64,000 nucleotides of DNA from the NCBI GenBank assembly GCA_903842345.1, contig CAIMLR010000042.1, positions 92,857 through 156,856 of the forward strand, in the 5' to 3' direction. Below are positions 30,467 to 39,529 of the stretch, piece after piece; the first letter of the stretch is position 1; each line of letters begins with the position of its first letter. Source of the DNA: an uncultured Myxococcales bacterium. Lineage in GTDB: Bacteria > Myxococcota_A > UBA9042. The notes below the pieces were generated by a model. That model saw nothing but the letters and a program-made list of their open reading frames with translations, had not been told where the DNA came from and did not search any database. The position numbers and the translations under genes are program-made.

Positions 30467-32025
30467 CGGAGAGCGCGTTGGCCAAGCAGCGCCACCCGCG
30501 CGGCATCGGCTTCATCATCGGCAACGAAGGCTGCGAGCGTTTCTCGTTCTACGGAATGCGCGCCATCCTGACCGAGCACATGATCAGCCTGTACGCGCAG
30601 ACGGCGCACCTCAGCGCCGCGGATGCCAAGACCGCTGCCACCGCCGATTATCACCTGTTCACCGCCGCCGCCTACGCGCTGCCGATGGTCGGCGCGATCC
30701 TCGCTGACCGCCTGCTGGGCAAATACCGGACCATCTTTTGGCTGTCGCTTGTCTACTGCCTTGGCCACGCGGTGCTGGCGATCGGCGAAGAGTCAATTGG
30801 CGGCATGCACCTCGGCCTCGCGCTCATCGCCGTGGGTTCGGGCGGCATCAAGCCGTGCGTGTCCGCGTTCGTCGGCGACCAGTACCGCGCGGGGCAGGAG
30901 AAGCTGGTCGAGAAAATCTTTCAGGCCTTCTACTTCATCATCAATTTCGGCTCGTTCTTCGCGACGCTGCTGGTGCCGTGGCTGAAGGTGCGGTTTGGCC
31001 CGGCGGTGGCGTTTGGCATCCCGGGCGTGCTCATGGGCCTGGCGACGTTCATCCTGTGGCTCGGTCGCAAGCGGTACAACCATGCGCCGCCGATGCCGGG
31101 CGGGCGGTTGGGGATCCTGGACGCGGCGAGCTCGACGCTGCTGTTCCTGTCGCTGGGCTCGCTGTGGTTTACGGGCGGGCTGCCGTGGTACGGGAAGCTC
31201 GGGGTGTCGCTGGTGTGCATCGCCGCGGGGCTGACGCTGTTTGCCTGGCGGGCGCGGATTCAGCCGGATCGCGGCGTGCTGTCCGTGCTGTGGCAAGGGC
31301 TGCGCCATCGCAAGCGCGATGAAACGCTGTGGCAAACCGCGGAGCGGCGTCTGGACGCGGCGGCGGTGGATGGGACGCGCGCGGTGCTGCGGCTGCTGTC
31401 CGTATTCGCGCTGGTGAGCGTGTTCTGGGCGCTGTTTGACCAACGCGGGTCGTCGTGGGTGGTGCAGGCCAAAGACATGCTGCGGACGTTTGACACGCCG
31501 CTCGGGCCGCTGACCGTACAGGCCAGCCAGATCAACGCGCTCAACCCGCTGTTCGTGATGTTGCTGATTCCGCTGATGGCGGGCGTGCTACTGCCGGCGT
31601 GGCGGCGGCTCGGCGGGCGCGTCACGCCGCTGGGCAAGATGACCGCGGGGATGGCCATTTCCGCGCTGTCGTTTGTGGCCATCGCGCTGATCCAACGGCA
31701 GATCGACGCGTCGGCGCGCGAGTCGGTGAGCGTGCTGTGGCAGGTGCTGCCGTTCGTGCTCATCACGCTGGGCGAAGTGCTGGTGTCGGTGACGGGGCTG
31801 GAATTCGCTTACACGCAGGCGCCGCGGGCGATGAAGTCGACGGTCGTGGGCCTGTGGTCGCTCTCGGTTTCCGTGGGCAACCTGCTCGTCGCGGCGCTTG
31901 CCGGGCTGAAGTCGCTGCCGCCGGAGCGGTTCTTCTGGGTGTTTGCGGCGCTGATGGCGCTGTCCGCGGCGCTGTTTGCCTGGCGCGCACGGTCGTTCCG
32001 CGGGCAGGTCGTGCTACAGGGCTGA
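30463..32025 (+). CDS. POT/PTR2 family proton-dependent oligopeptide transporter (MFS)
   Basis: PTR2 signature '[21 protein letters not shown]' and about 12 TM segments. Its start overlaps the stop of the EGF-protein gene (ATGA). Confidence 0.9.
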   Translation: MTESALAKQRHPRGIGFIIGNEGCERFSFYGMRAILTEHMISLYAQTAHLSAADAKTAATADYHLFTAAAYALPMVGAILADRLLGKYRTIFWLSLVYCLGHAVLAIGEESIGGMHLGLALIAVGSGGIKPCVSAFVGDQYRAGQEKLVEKIFQAFYFIINFGSFFATLLVPWLKVRFGPAVAFGIPGVLMGLATFILWLGRKRYNHAPPMPGGRLGILDAASSTLLFLSLGSLWFTGGLPWYGKLGVSLVCIAAGLTLFAWRARIQPDRGVLSVLWQGLRHRKRDETLWQTAERRLDAAAVDGTRAVLRLLSVFALVSVFWALFDQRGSSWVVQAKDMLRTFDTPLGPLTVQASQINALNPLFVMLLIPLMAGVLLPAWRRLGGRVTPLGKMTAGMAISALSFVAIALIQRQIDASARESVSVLWQVLPFVLITLGEVLVSVTGLEFAYTQAPRAMKSTVVGLWSLSVSVGNLLVAALAGLKSLPPERFFWVFAALMALSAALFAWRARSFRGQVVLQG

Positions 32026-32452
32026 GTCCTCCAGCGCGAGGCGCAGCCGCACCGTCTGGGCGAATCCGGCCGAGGCGGCCGGACCGGGCCCTACTCGCTG
32101 CGCTCCCGGAGACGCGCAAGCGGCGCGCCTACGCCCCGACGGGTGACGGTCCCTTTCGCGCCTCCGGCCAACATCGCCACGCAGAACACAAACGGCGGCG
32201 CGGTCCAACAACGGAACGGCTCGGGCAACGGCGGCGGGTGCGACGGCCGCTGCGCCTCAGCCACGAGAATCTCCCGCGCCGCGGCCACGAGCGCGTCGAG
32301 CCGGCGCGCGTGCGGCGTCTCCGCAACCGCGGGCGCCGCGATGAGCGACAACAGCACAAACCAACGGCGCACAGTCCAAAAACGCATGGTCCCACCTCAC
32401 GGCGCACAGGCCGTGAGATGGGACGCATGAGCTTGTCGATGGATCTGAAAGA

Positions 32453-34900
32453 CTACTTGCAGGTCGCCGGCGCGCAGACCTTCTTGCCAGTGGCCTTGCC
32501 GTTCGTGCCCAGCGCGGCGACGCACTTGGTGCCGCCGTCCTTGCCGGCGCAATCGGCGTCACTGGCGCAACCCGGGGCGCAGCGGCCGTCGGCGGCGGAA
32601 CCGCTGGCGGCGATGTTGCTGCAGGCGTAGTTGCCGGCGCAGTCGGTGTCGAGGCCGCACGGCAGGCAGGACTTGGCCTTCTTGCAGATCGGCACGATGG
32701 CGGCCTTGCTGATGTCCGTGCGCGGCAGCCACTGGTTCTGCAGGTCGCAGGTCATGCCGTCGTTGCCGCTGCCGCAGTCGGCGTCCTTGCTGCACAGGCC
32801 GGTGCAGTAGCCCTTGCCGGCCGCGTCGGGCAGGCAGCCGAGACCGGCTTTGCACTCCGGATCGGCGCCGGCGGCGGGATTCGCATTGCACGCTTCGCCA
32901 ATCGCCTTGGTCGCAGTCGCGCCGACGGTCGCGCAGAGGAACTCGACCTTGGCGATGCTGTCCGGGCCCGCGGCGATCGTCATCGGCAGGCACTGTTCGC
33001 CAGCCGCGGCGCACTTCTTGGTGGCGCTGCAGTCTTCCAGCGAGTTGGTCGCGGCGATCGGGTAGCAGACCGGCAGCCAGAGGTCGTCGCGGATGTCATC
33101 CAGCGTGTTGTTGTAGCCAAGACGCAGCGAGCGGCAGAACGTCTTGTAGCTGGTGCCGCCGAGCGAGATGGACGCCGGGCAGTCGCTCTTGCTGGAGCAG
33201 TAGTCCGCGCAGAAGCCGGGCTGGACGGTGCCGGTCGACGACTGCGTGTTGAGGCAGTAGCCGCTGTCGCAGAACGCGTCATTGGCCGCGGGGCCACAGA
33301 CTTCGCCGCCCTTGGCGCCCTTGGCGTCCGGCGCGACGCAGACGCCGTTGATTGTGTCATGGCCGATCGGGGTCGCATCCGTGGGCAGGTCCAGCTTGTG
33401 GACGAACGCCTTGCAGTAGGACGACGCGCCCGCGCAGTCCTTGGACGCCGCGCACTTGCCGGCGGCCTTGGGCAGGTAGGCGCAGATGTTGAGCGACAGC
33501 TCAAAGTCGTAGATGCCGTCGGTCGCGCCGGTGCCCTGCGGGTTGTCAACGTCCAGCGGAATCTCTTCCACGCCGCACTGCTGATCGGCCGCGCAGTCGC
33601 TGTTGGACTTGCACAGGCTGCCGCAGCTGCCATCGACGCACGCGTACGGGTTCTGGCAGGCCGCGCCGGGCTTGGTCGCGCCCGTGCTGTTGACGTACGG
33701 ATCGCACGTCTCGCCGGGCTTGACGGTCTTGGCGGCGATCGGCTGGCAGCCGGGCTGGAACGCCGGGTAGACGAGCTTGGTCGCATCGTTCGGATCGGGC
33801 TCGCCGGCGAGCTTCTTGACGCCATTCCAGTACGGCCGGCAGAAGAAGCCGTTGCCGCAATCGCCGTCGATCTGGCAGTCCTTGGGCAGGCAGAGGCTGG
33901 CCGAATAGGCCGGGTTGCTGGCGACCTTGATGTTCGCCTTGCAGGAGTAGCCGCCAGCGCCGCCGCCCGGCTGGGTCGCGCAATCGGCGTCGGTCTTGCA
34001 GAAGCCGAGGCAGAAGCCCGCACCGGAGCAGAAGTCATTGGCGCACAGGGAGAGGTCGCCCGCGGTTGGATCGCTGTTGCACGCCTGGCCCAGCGTGGCG
34101 CCGGCCTTGTACGTGTAGGCGCCGTCGGTGCCGACGGGGGTCTTGAGCGCCGGGGCGCACATCTGCTGGTAGGCGCCATAGATGAGCTGGAGGTCGCACG
34201 CGTCGCCCGCGTCGCAGTCGCTGTCCGCCTTGCAGGGCTTGAAGCTGCTCTCAGCGACGCAGTAGATGTAGTTCGCGGCGTTGCCATTTTGCGGAGAAAG
34301 CAACTGCACGCACGCGTACTTGGTGCCGTACGGGCCGTCGACCGCGCCGCCGCAGTCGCTTGTCGCGCCCACGTCTTCAATGCCATCCGCGCCGGTCGCG
34401 CCCGTCGTGTTGTTCTTGTCGTCCGTCGCGATGTTGCACTGCTTGGTGCACACGCCCGCGTTGCACACGCCGTCTTCGCACTGGGCGTTAATGCAGTCAA
34501 AGTAGGTCGTCATCGCCGTCTGGTCCGACGTGTCGGCGGGGATCGGGCAGTCCTTGTTCTGGCCGCACGGCTCGCCAAACTTCTTCAGCGGCTTCTTCAG
34601 GTCGGCGATGCACTTGTGGGTCGCGTCGCACTTCTGGCCGGTGCTGCACGCGCCGCAGGATTTTGGGCATTCCTTGATGAAGCCGCACTCGGCGCCGTGG
34701 TCAGCGCAGCAGGTGGCGGCGGAGCCGTCCGAACCCACGGTGTCGCCCGTGCCGTCAGCGACGGAGATGGCGTCAGAGCCGCTCGTGTCGCCGGTGATCG
34801 CGGTGTCGGCCGCCGTCGAGCTTGTCGTGGAGCTGCCACAGCCGCTCAGGCCCATGGCCAGGCTACAGGAGATTGCGAGGAGGACGTTGCTGAGCTTCAT
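32453..34900 (-). CDS. Large Cys-rich secreted lipoprotein with repeated 'C-x-[STK]-[DN]-x-D-C' knots
   Basis: Lipobox 'GLSGC'. There are 80 or more Cys, in repeats such as 'CKTDADCATQPGG', 'CKSNSDCAADQQCG', 'CSKDADCGSGNDGMTC' and 'CASDADCAGKDGGTKC'. The start used is 'MKLSNVLLAIS' at 34900. Confidence 0.7.
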   Translation of the reverse strand: MKLSNVLLAISCSLAMGLSGCGSSTTSSTAADTAITGDTSGSDAISVADGTGDTVGSDGSAATCCADHGAECGFIKECPKSCGACSTGQKCDATHKCIADLKKPLKKFGEPCGQNKDCPIPADTSDQTAMTTYFDCINAQCEDGVCNAGVCTKQCNIATDDKNNTTGATGADGIEDVGATSDCGGAVDGPYGTKYACVQLLSPQNGNAANYIYCVAESSFKPCKADSDCDAGDACDLQLIYGAYQQMCAPALKTPVGTDGAYTYKAGATLGQACNSDPTAGDLSLCANDFCSGAGFCLGFCKTDADCATQPGGGAGGYSCKANIKVASNPAYSASLCLPKDCQIDGDCGNGFFCRPYWNGVKKLAGEPDPNDATKLVYPAFQPGCQPIAAKTVKPGETCDPYVNSTGATKPGAACQNPYACVDGSCGSLCKSNSDCAADQQCGVEEIPLDVDNPQGTGATDGIYDFELSLNICAYLPKAAGKCAASKDCAGASSYCKAFVHKLDLPTDATPIGHDTINGVCVAPDAKGAKGGEVCGPAANDAFCDSGYCLNTQSSTGTVQPGFCADYCSSKSDCPASISLGGTSYKTFCRSLRLGYNNTLDDIRDDLWLPVCYPIAATNSLEDCSATKKCAAAGEQCLPMTIAAGPDSIAKVEFLCATVGATATKAIGEACNANPAAGADPECKAGLGCLPDAAGKGYCTGLCSKDADCGSGNDGMTCDLQNQWLPRTDISKAAIVPICKKAKSCLPCGLDTDCAGNYACSNIAASGSAADGRCAPGCASDADCAGKDGGTKCVAALGTNGKATGKKVCAPATCK

Positions 34901-35009
34901 GAAAACACTCCAAAATACGCTGAGACGAGGCGAAAAACGCGGATCGACTGGAGCTGGAAGCTTAGTGATCAAGCGTTTTGCGGTCAAGAACTTAGGGCCG
35001 CGATCCTAC

Positions 35010-35174
35010 CTAGAACAACGTGTAGATGAACGGCGCCGCGCCCTGGCCCGCCACGGCGATGAGCGCCGCCAGCGCCAGCACGACGACCAGCGGCACGATC
35101 CAATAGACCTTGTTGGCCTTGGCAAAGTCCAAGATTTCACGAAATAACTTGGCGGAGTACTTGAGCTTTCCCAT
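35010..35174 (-). CDS. Small single-TM membrane protein (DUF5989-like), 54 aa
   Basis: 'MGKLKYSAKLFREILDFAKANKVYWIVPLVVVLALAALIAVAGQGAAPFIYTLF' has a charged N-terminus, one TM helix and a C-terminal 'PFIYTLF' motif typical of that family. Confidence 0.55.
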   Translation of the reverse strand: MGKLKYSAKLFREILDFAKANKVYWIVPLVVVLALAALIAVAGQGAAPFIYTLF

Positions 35175-35185
35175 GGTCGCCGAGG

Positions 35186-36049
35186 CTAAATCAGCAGGTC
35201 CATGTTGTCCAGCAGCCGCGCGCGGCCAAACCACGTCGCCACGATCACGCGCGCGGTTTTTTCCAGTGTTTCAATAGGTTGCAGGGTCTGCGGATCGACA
35301 ATCTGCACGTAGTCGATCCGCCCGCCTGCCGCCGTTTGCGCCGCACTGATCTGCGCCACCAGCCGCGAGGCATCGCGTTCACCCGCGTGCACGCGCGCCT
35401 GCGCCGCCCGCAAGGACTGCACAATGGCCGGCGCGGCCTGACGTTCCGCCGCGCTCAGGTAGACGTTGCGCGAGCTCATCGCCACCCCGTCCGGCTCCCG
35501 GGCAATCGGCGCGCCCAGGATCGCTGTCGGATGGTCCAGATCCAGCGCCATGCGCTTGAGCGTCTGCAGCTGCTGGTAGTCCTTCTCGCCAAACACGGCA
35601 ACGTCCGCCAGCACGATGTTCAGCAGCTTCAGCACGACCGTCGTCACGCCGCGAAAGTGCGTCGGCCGCGCCGCGCCGCACAGGCCTTGCGTCAACTGCT
35701 CCACCTCAACGTGACTCTGGAAGCCCGGGGGATACATCGTCGCCGGCGTCGGGGCGTAGATCAGGTCGACGCCCTTGGCGGCACACAGCGCGCAGTCGTG
35801 CTCAAAGGGCCGCGGATACGCGGAGAAATCCTCTTTTGGGCCAAACTGCAGCGGATTGACGAAGATCGACACCACAACGGCATCCGCGTGCTCCCGCGCC
35901 GCATCGACGAGCGTCATGTGACCCGCGTGCAGCGCGCCCATGGTCGGCACGAGCGCCGTGCGCTTGCCCGCCGCGCGCATTTTCTCCGTCCACGCGCGCA
36001 CTTCCACGGGCGTCCGCGCCACCTGCGCACCGGCGATCGTCTCCAACAT
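35186..36049 (-). CDS. panC: Pantoate--beta-alanine ligase
   Basis: 'LVPTMGALHAGHMTLV' HIGH-type motif; full-length PanC. Confidence 0.95.
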   Translation of the reverse strand: MLETIAGAQVARTPVEVRAWTEKMRAAGKRTALVPTMGALHAGHMTLVDAAREHADAVVVSIFVNPLQFGPKEDFSAYPRPFEHDCALCAAKGVDLIYAPTPATMYPPGFQSHVEVEQLTQGLCGAARPTHFRGVTTVVLKLLNIVLADVAVFGEKDYQQLQTLKRMALDLDHPTAILGAPIAREPDGVAMSSRNVYLSAAERQAAPAIVQSLRAAQARVHAGERDASRLVAQISAAQTAAGGRIDYVQIVDPQTLQPIETLEKTARVIVATWFGRARLLDNMDLLI

Positions 36050-36052
36050 GGC

Positions 36053-36958
36053 TCAGGTCTCCGCGGCTTTGGCAGCCGGCTTCGCGGTCGGGTCGTGGTA
36101 GACGTGTTCCGTGCCCGGAAACACCGCGGCGCGCACGTCCTCGCGGTATTGCGTCAGCGCCGCCAGCGCCTGCTCACCGAGCGTCGCGAACTTCTTGACG
36201 AATTTCGGCTTGTGGCCGTGCGGGTCCAGCCCCAGCAAGTCGTAGATCACGAGGATCTGGCCATCGCAGCCCGCGCCCGCGCCAATGCCGATCGTTGGAA
36301 TTTTGAGCAGTTGCGTCACTTCCGTGGCGAGCTCCTCGGGAATCGCCTCCAGGACGATCGCGTAGCAACCCGCCGCCTCCAGCGCCGTCGCGTCCGCCAA
36401 CAGCCGCTTGCGCGCCGTCTGCCCGCGACCCTGGACGCGGTGGCCGCCCATGGCGTGCACGGATTGCGGCGTCAGGCCGATGTGGCCCATGACGGGAATG
36501 CCGCCCTGCACGAGTTGCCGCACAGTTTCAGCCACTTCCACGCCACCTTCCAGCTTGACGGCATGCGCGTTGCCTTCAGCCAGCAGCCGACCGGCGTTTT
36601 GCAGCGCCACGTCCGGGTTGCGGTAGCTCATGAACGGCATGTCCGCGACCAGATGCCCGCGGTGGAGGCCGCGCGCCACGGCGGCGGTGTGGTAGACGAT
36701 GTGGTCGACGGTTACGGGCAGCGTCGTTTCCTGGCCCTGAATCACGTTGCCCAGCGAATCGCCGACGAGCACGACCTCGATTCCTGCCGCGTCGACCAAC
36801 CGCGCAAACGTCGCGTCGTAGCACGTGACCGCGCTGAAGCGCTGGCCTTTGTCTTTCATGTCGCGGAGATGGTGGATGCGGATGCGGCCGGTCGGCGTGT
36901 CGGAAGCGTAGCCAGACGGACGCGGAACCGGCGTCAAAGCCGGCGAAGAACTGCTCAT
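36053..36958 (-). CDS. panB: 3-methyl-2-oxobutanoate hydroxymethyltransferase
   Basis: 'TCYDATFARLVDAAGIEVVLVGDSLGNV' and 'GHIGLTPQS' are PanB hallmarks. It is adjacent to panC. Confidence 0.95.
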   Translation of the reverse strand: MSSSSPALTPVPRPSGYASDTPTGRIRIHHLRDMKDKGQRFSAVTCYDATFARLVDAAGIEVVLVGDSLGNVIQGQETTLPVTVDHIVYHTAAVARGLHRGHLVADMPFMSYRNPDVALQNAGRLLAEGNAHAVKLEGGVEVAETVRQLVQGGIPVMGHIGLTPQSVHAMGGHRVQGRGQTARKRLLADATALEAAGCYAIVLEAIPEELATEVTQLLKIPTIGIGAGAGCDGQILVIYDLLGLDPHGHKPKFVKKFATLGEQALAALTQYREDVRAAVFPGTEHVYHDPTAKPAAKAAET

Positions 36959-37156
36959 GGGTGGCCTCCAAACCGGCGTAATGCCGCAAAGACGGTAGAC
37001 CCCGCTGCGGCAAAGCTAGGGGATCCGGCGGCAACTGGCAAGGACGACTTCACGACAGGACTTGAAATTGAAAGTCACTTTCATTAACATGAGCCGCAGC
37101 CGGCCCGGGAGGGCCACCAAGCGCGCAGCAAGCTTGCGCAATACCAAAGGAACGCC

Positions 37157-37969
37157 ATGAATCGCCAGACTCTCCGCCTCGTCCTCGCGCTGACCGGCCT
37201 GCTGCTCGCGGCACCCGCGCTGGCCAACGAGCGGCACTTCACGCTGTCCTACGAAACCGCGACGCTGCCGGCGGGCGCGGTCGAGATTGAGCCGCAGACG
37301 ACGTTTCGCATGGGCCGCGACCAGTACTACCTCGGAATGGACCACCGGCTGGAGTTCGAATTCGGCATCACGGACCGGCTCATGGCGGCGATCTACCTGA
37401 ATTTTGGCAGTGAAACGGCGCGCGTGGGTCCCGGGCTCATCAGCGGCGCAATGCCCGGCGGCGTGTCGGCCGAGTTCAAGTACAACCTGACCAACGCGAC
37501 GGCGGACGCGATCGGCTCGGCGCTCTACCTGGAGCTCACGGCGACGCCGATGGAGTATGAGATCGAGGGCAAGCTGCTACTGGACAAGCGCATCGGCAGT
37601 TGGCACGTCGTCACCAACCTCATCTACGAGCGCGAATGGGGCTTTGAAGGCTTCTGGAACAACGAGCACAAAGTCGCCCTTTCGCTGGGCGCGACGCACT
37701 TCCTGACCGAGCACCTGACGCTGGGCGCGGAAGTCTACGGCCAGGGCACGTTTGAGCAGAGCGCGGCGGACTCGAACACGTCGCTGGAGCACGGCGCGCT
37801 GTTCGCCGGGCCGGTCGTCGGTTACGCTTCCCAAGGTTGGTGGCTCGCGACGTCCGTGACGCCGCAGCTTGTCGGTTTTGGCGACGCGGTTGCCGCCGCT
37901 GGCACCTCGCGCGACCTGACTGATTTCCACGCCGTCCAAGCCCGCGTGATTCTGGGCATTCACCTGTAG
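37157..37969 (+). CDS. Outer-membrane beta-barrel protein, hypothetical
   Basis: Signal peptide 'LLLAAPALANE'. Alternating hydrophobic beta-strand pattern throughout. Confidence 0.55.
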   Translation: MNRQTLRLVLALTGLLLAAPALANERHFTLSYETATLPAGAVEIEPQTTFRMGRDQYYLGMDHRLEFEFGITDRLMAAIYLNFGSETARVGPGLISGAMPGGVSAEFKYNLTNATADAIGSALYLELTATPMEYEIEGKLLLDKRIGSWHVVTNLIYEREWGFEGFWNNEHKVALSLGATHFLTEHLTLGAEVYGQGTFEQSAADSNTSLEHGALFAGPVVGYASQGWWLATSVTPQLVGFGDAVAAAGTSRDLTDFHAVQARVILGIHL

Positions 37970-37975
37970 GTCGCC

Positions 37976-38293
37976 ATGCGTTTGTTGCTGCCCTTGCTGT
38001 TCCTGCTGCCCGCGTGCGCGCCGATGCTGCCCGCCGTGACCGACTCTGACCGCGCATGGGCGCGCCAGGCGTTTCCGGAGACGCAGGACGATCTGGACAC
38101 GAGCCGCGGGCTGTACGCGGTGAAGTGCAGCGGCTGCCACATGCTCGTGCTGCCGCCCAAAGTGCCGCAGGCGGAATGGCCGCGCGTCGTCGACAAGATG
38201 ACGCCCAAGGCCAAGCTGAACGACGACGAGAAAGCGCGGATTCTGCGCTACGTGTTGACGGCGAGTCGCCCAGGAATCGCGGTGACGCCGTAG
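37976..38293 (+). CDS. Small c-type cytochrome-like lipoprotein with a single CxxCH motif
   Basis: Lipobox 'LLPACAP' and the heme-binding motif 'YAVKCSGCHML'. It starts 7 nt after the preceding outer-membrane-protein gene. Confidence 0.55.
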   Translation: MRLLLPLLFLLPACAPMLPAVTDSDRAWARQAFPETQDDLDTSRGLYAVKCSGCHMLVLPPKVPQAEWPRVVDKMTPKAKLNDDEKARILRYVLTASRPGIAVTP

Positions 38294-38296
38294 CGG

Positions 38297-39454
38297 CTAG
38301 GGCGCGAACGCCAGGTCCACCCAAGCCAGCCAAATCTCAGACGGCGTGAACATGCCGCTCGCCCAGATCTCGTCGGTCGGCACGTCGCTGGAATACCAGG
38401 ACACCAGGAACTGCGAGCCACCCATCGGCAGGACGCCCACGTAGGCGGTATCGCCCGCGCTCTTGAACTCGGCGAGTTCCTGCAGCGTCACCGCCGCCTT
38501 GGGATCGCTCAGGACGCCGTGCAGTTCGTAGAGCGCCGTGCGCTTGCGGCCATCGTCCAGGTGCTTGCGCGCCATCACGAACTGGCGATTCTCCCACGCG
38601 AACCACTTTGGCCCGTCCAACCGCTTGTCCAGCATGCGGCCGCAATCCCACGTCGCGTACGGCGGCAGTGCGACGCACACGGCGGTGTGGCCTTCGTCCA
38701 GCAAGGACGTGCCGTTGTCCATGCGCACGAGGCTCACGGCCGTGTCGCCAAAGAACTGCAACTCCGCTTCGCTCGGCACGTCGGGCTTGGAGTCGACAAT
38801 CAGCGACACTTTCTGCCACGCCTTGCCATCGGCGGACGACAGCAGCGCGACCTGCGTGTCGCCGTCGTTGTACGCCGTCGCGTACGTCAGGCCGCCGTGA
38901 TCGGCATACCGCCAGAAGCCCCACTTTTCGTCGTAGATCTGGACCGGCGCCGTCCAGTGGATGCCGTCAGTGCTTTCCGTGCGCACGGTCCAGGCAAAAC
39001 CGTCGGCGTCGCGCAAGTGGCCGCCGGGGACCCGGGAGATGGCGTAGAGGACCAACTTGCCGTCCTGAATCAGGAACTTCGGGTCGCGGATGTCGCGGCC
39101 CGGCATGAAGATCTCTGCGGTCATCGTGACACTGTCGCCCAAGTCAACGGACTGGAAGACTTTAAGCCGGGCGATCGGCGAGCCGACCTGGGAAGTCTCG
39201 CCGCCGCGGAAGACGAGCCACGTCTTGCCCTGCCACGCGATGAGGTCGGTGTTCTCGTTGTGCAGGCCGTCCTTGTAGACGATGCGCTGGTTCGTCACGA
39301 GGCCGGTCGTGGCCTTGGGGCCGTGCGCGACATCGGCGCTGGCGTCAGCGGAGGTCGTGTCGGCGCCATCGCTTGTCGCGGCGGCCGTGCCACAACCCGC
39401 GACGAACAGGCAAACAAAGGCGCCGGCGAGCCGACGGGCAATGGGCGAAGTCAT
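38297..39454 (-). CDS. Secreted lipoprotein with BNR/Asp-box repeats (sialidase-like beta-propeller fold)
   Basis: Lipobox 'FVAGC'. Asp-box-like motifs 'STDGIHWT' and 'SSADGKAWQ'. Confidence 0.55.
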   Translation of the reverse strand: MTSPIARRLAGAFVCLFVAGCGTAAATSDGADTTSADASADVAHGPKATTGLVTNQRIVYKDGLHNENTDLIAWQGKTWLVFRGGETSQVGSPIARLKVFQSVDLGDSVTMTAEIFMPGRDIRDPKFLIQDGKLVLYAISRVPGGHLRDADGFAWTVRTESTDGIHWTAPVQIYDEKWGFWRYADHGGLTYATAYNDGDTQVALLSSADGKAWQKVSLIVDSKPDVPSEAELQFFGDTAVSLVRMDNGTSLLDEGHTAVCVALPPYATWDCGRMLDKRLDGPKWFAWENRQFVMARKHLDDGRKRTALYELHGVLSDPKAAVTLQELAEFKSAGDTAYVGVLPMGGSQFLVSWYSSDVPTDEIWASGMFTPSEIWLAWVDLAFAP

Positions 39455-39529
39455 GCTGTGCCTTGGCGAGCCGCAATGGCCGCGCCGGCATTCTCCGGCT
39501 GCGCCTCGCCGGGGTCAACGGCCTCCGCG

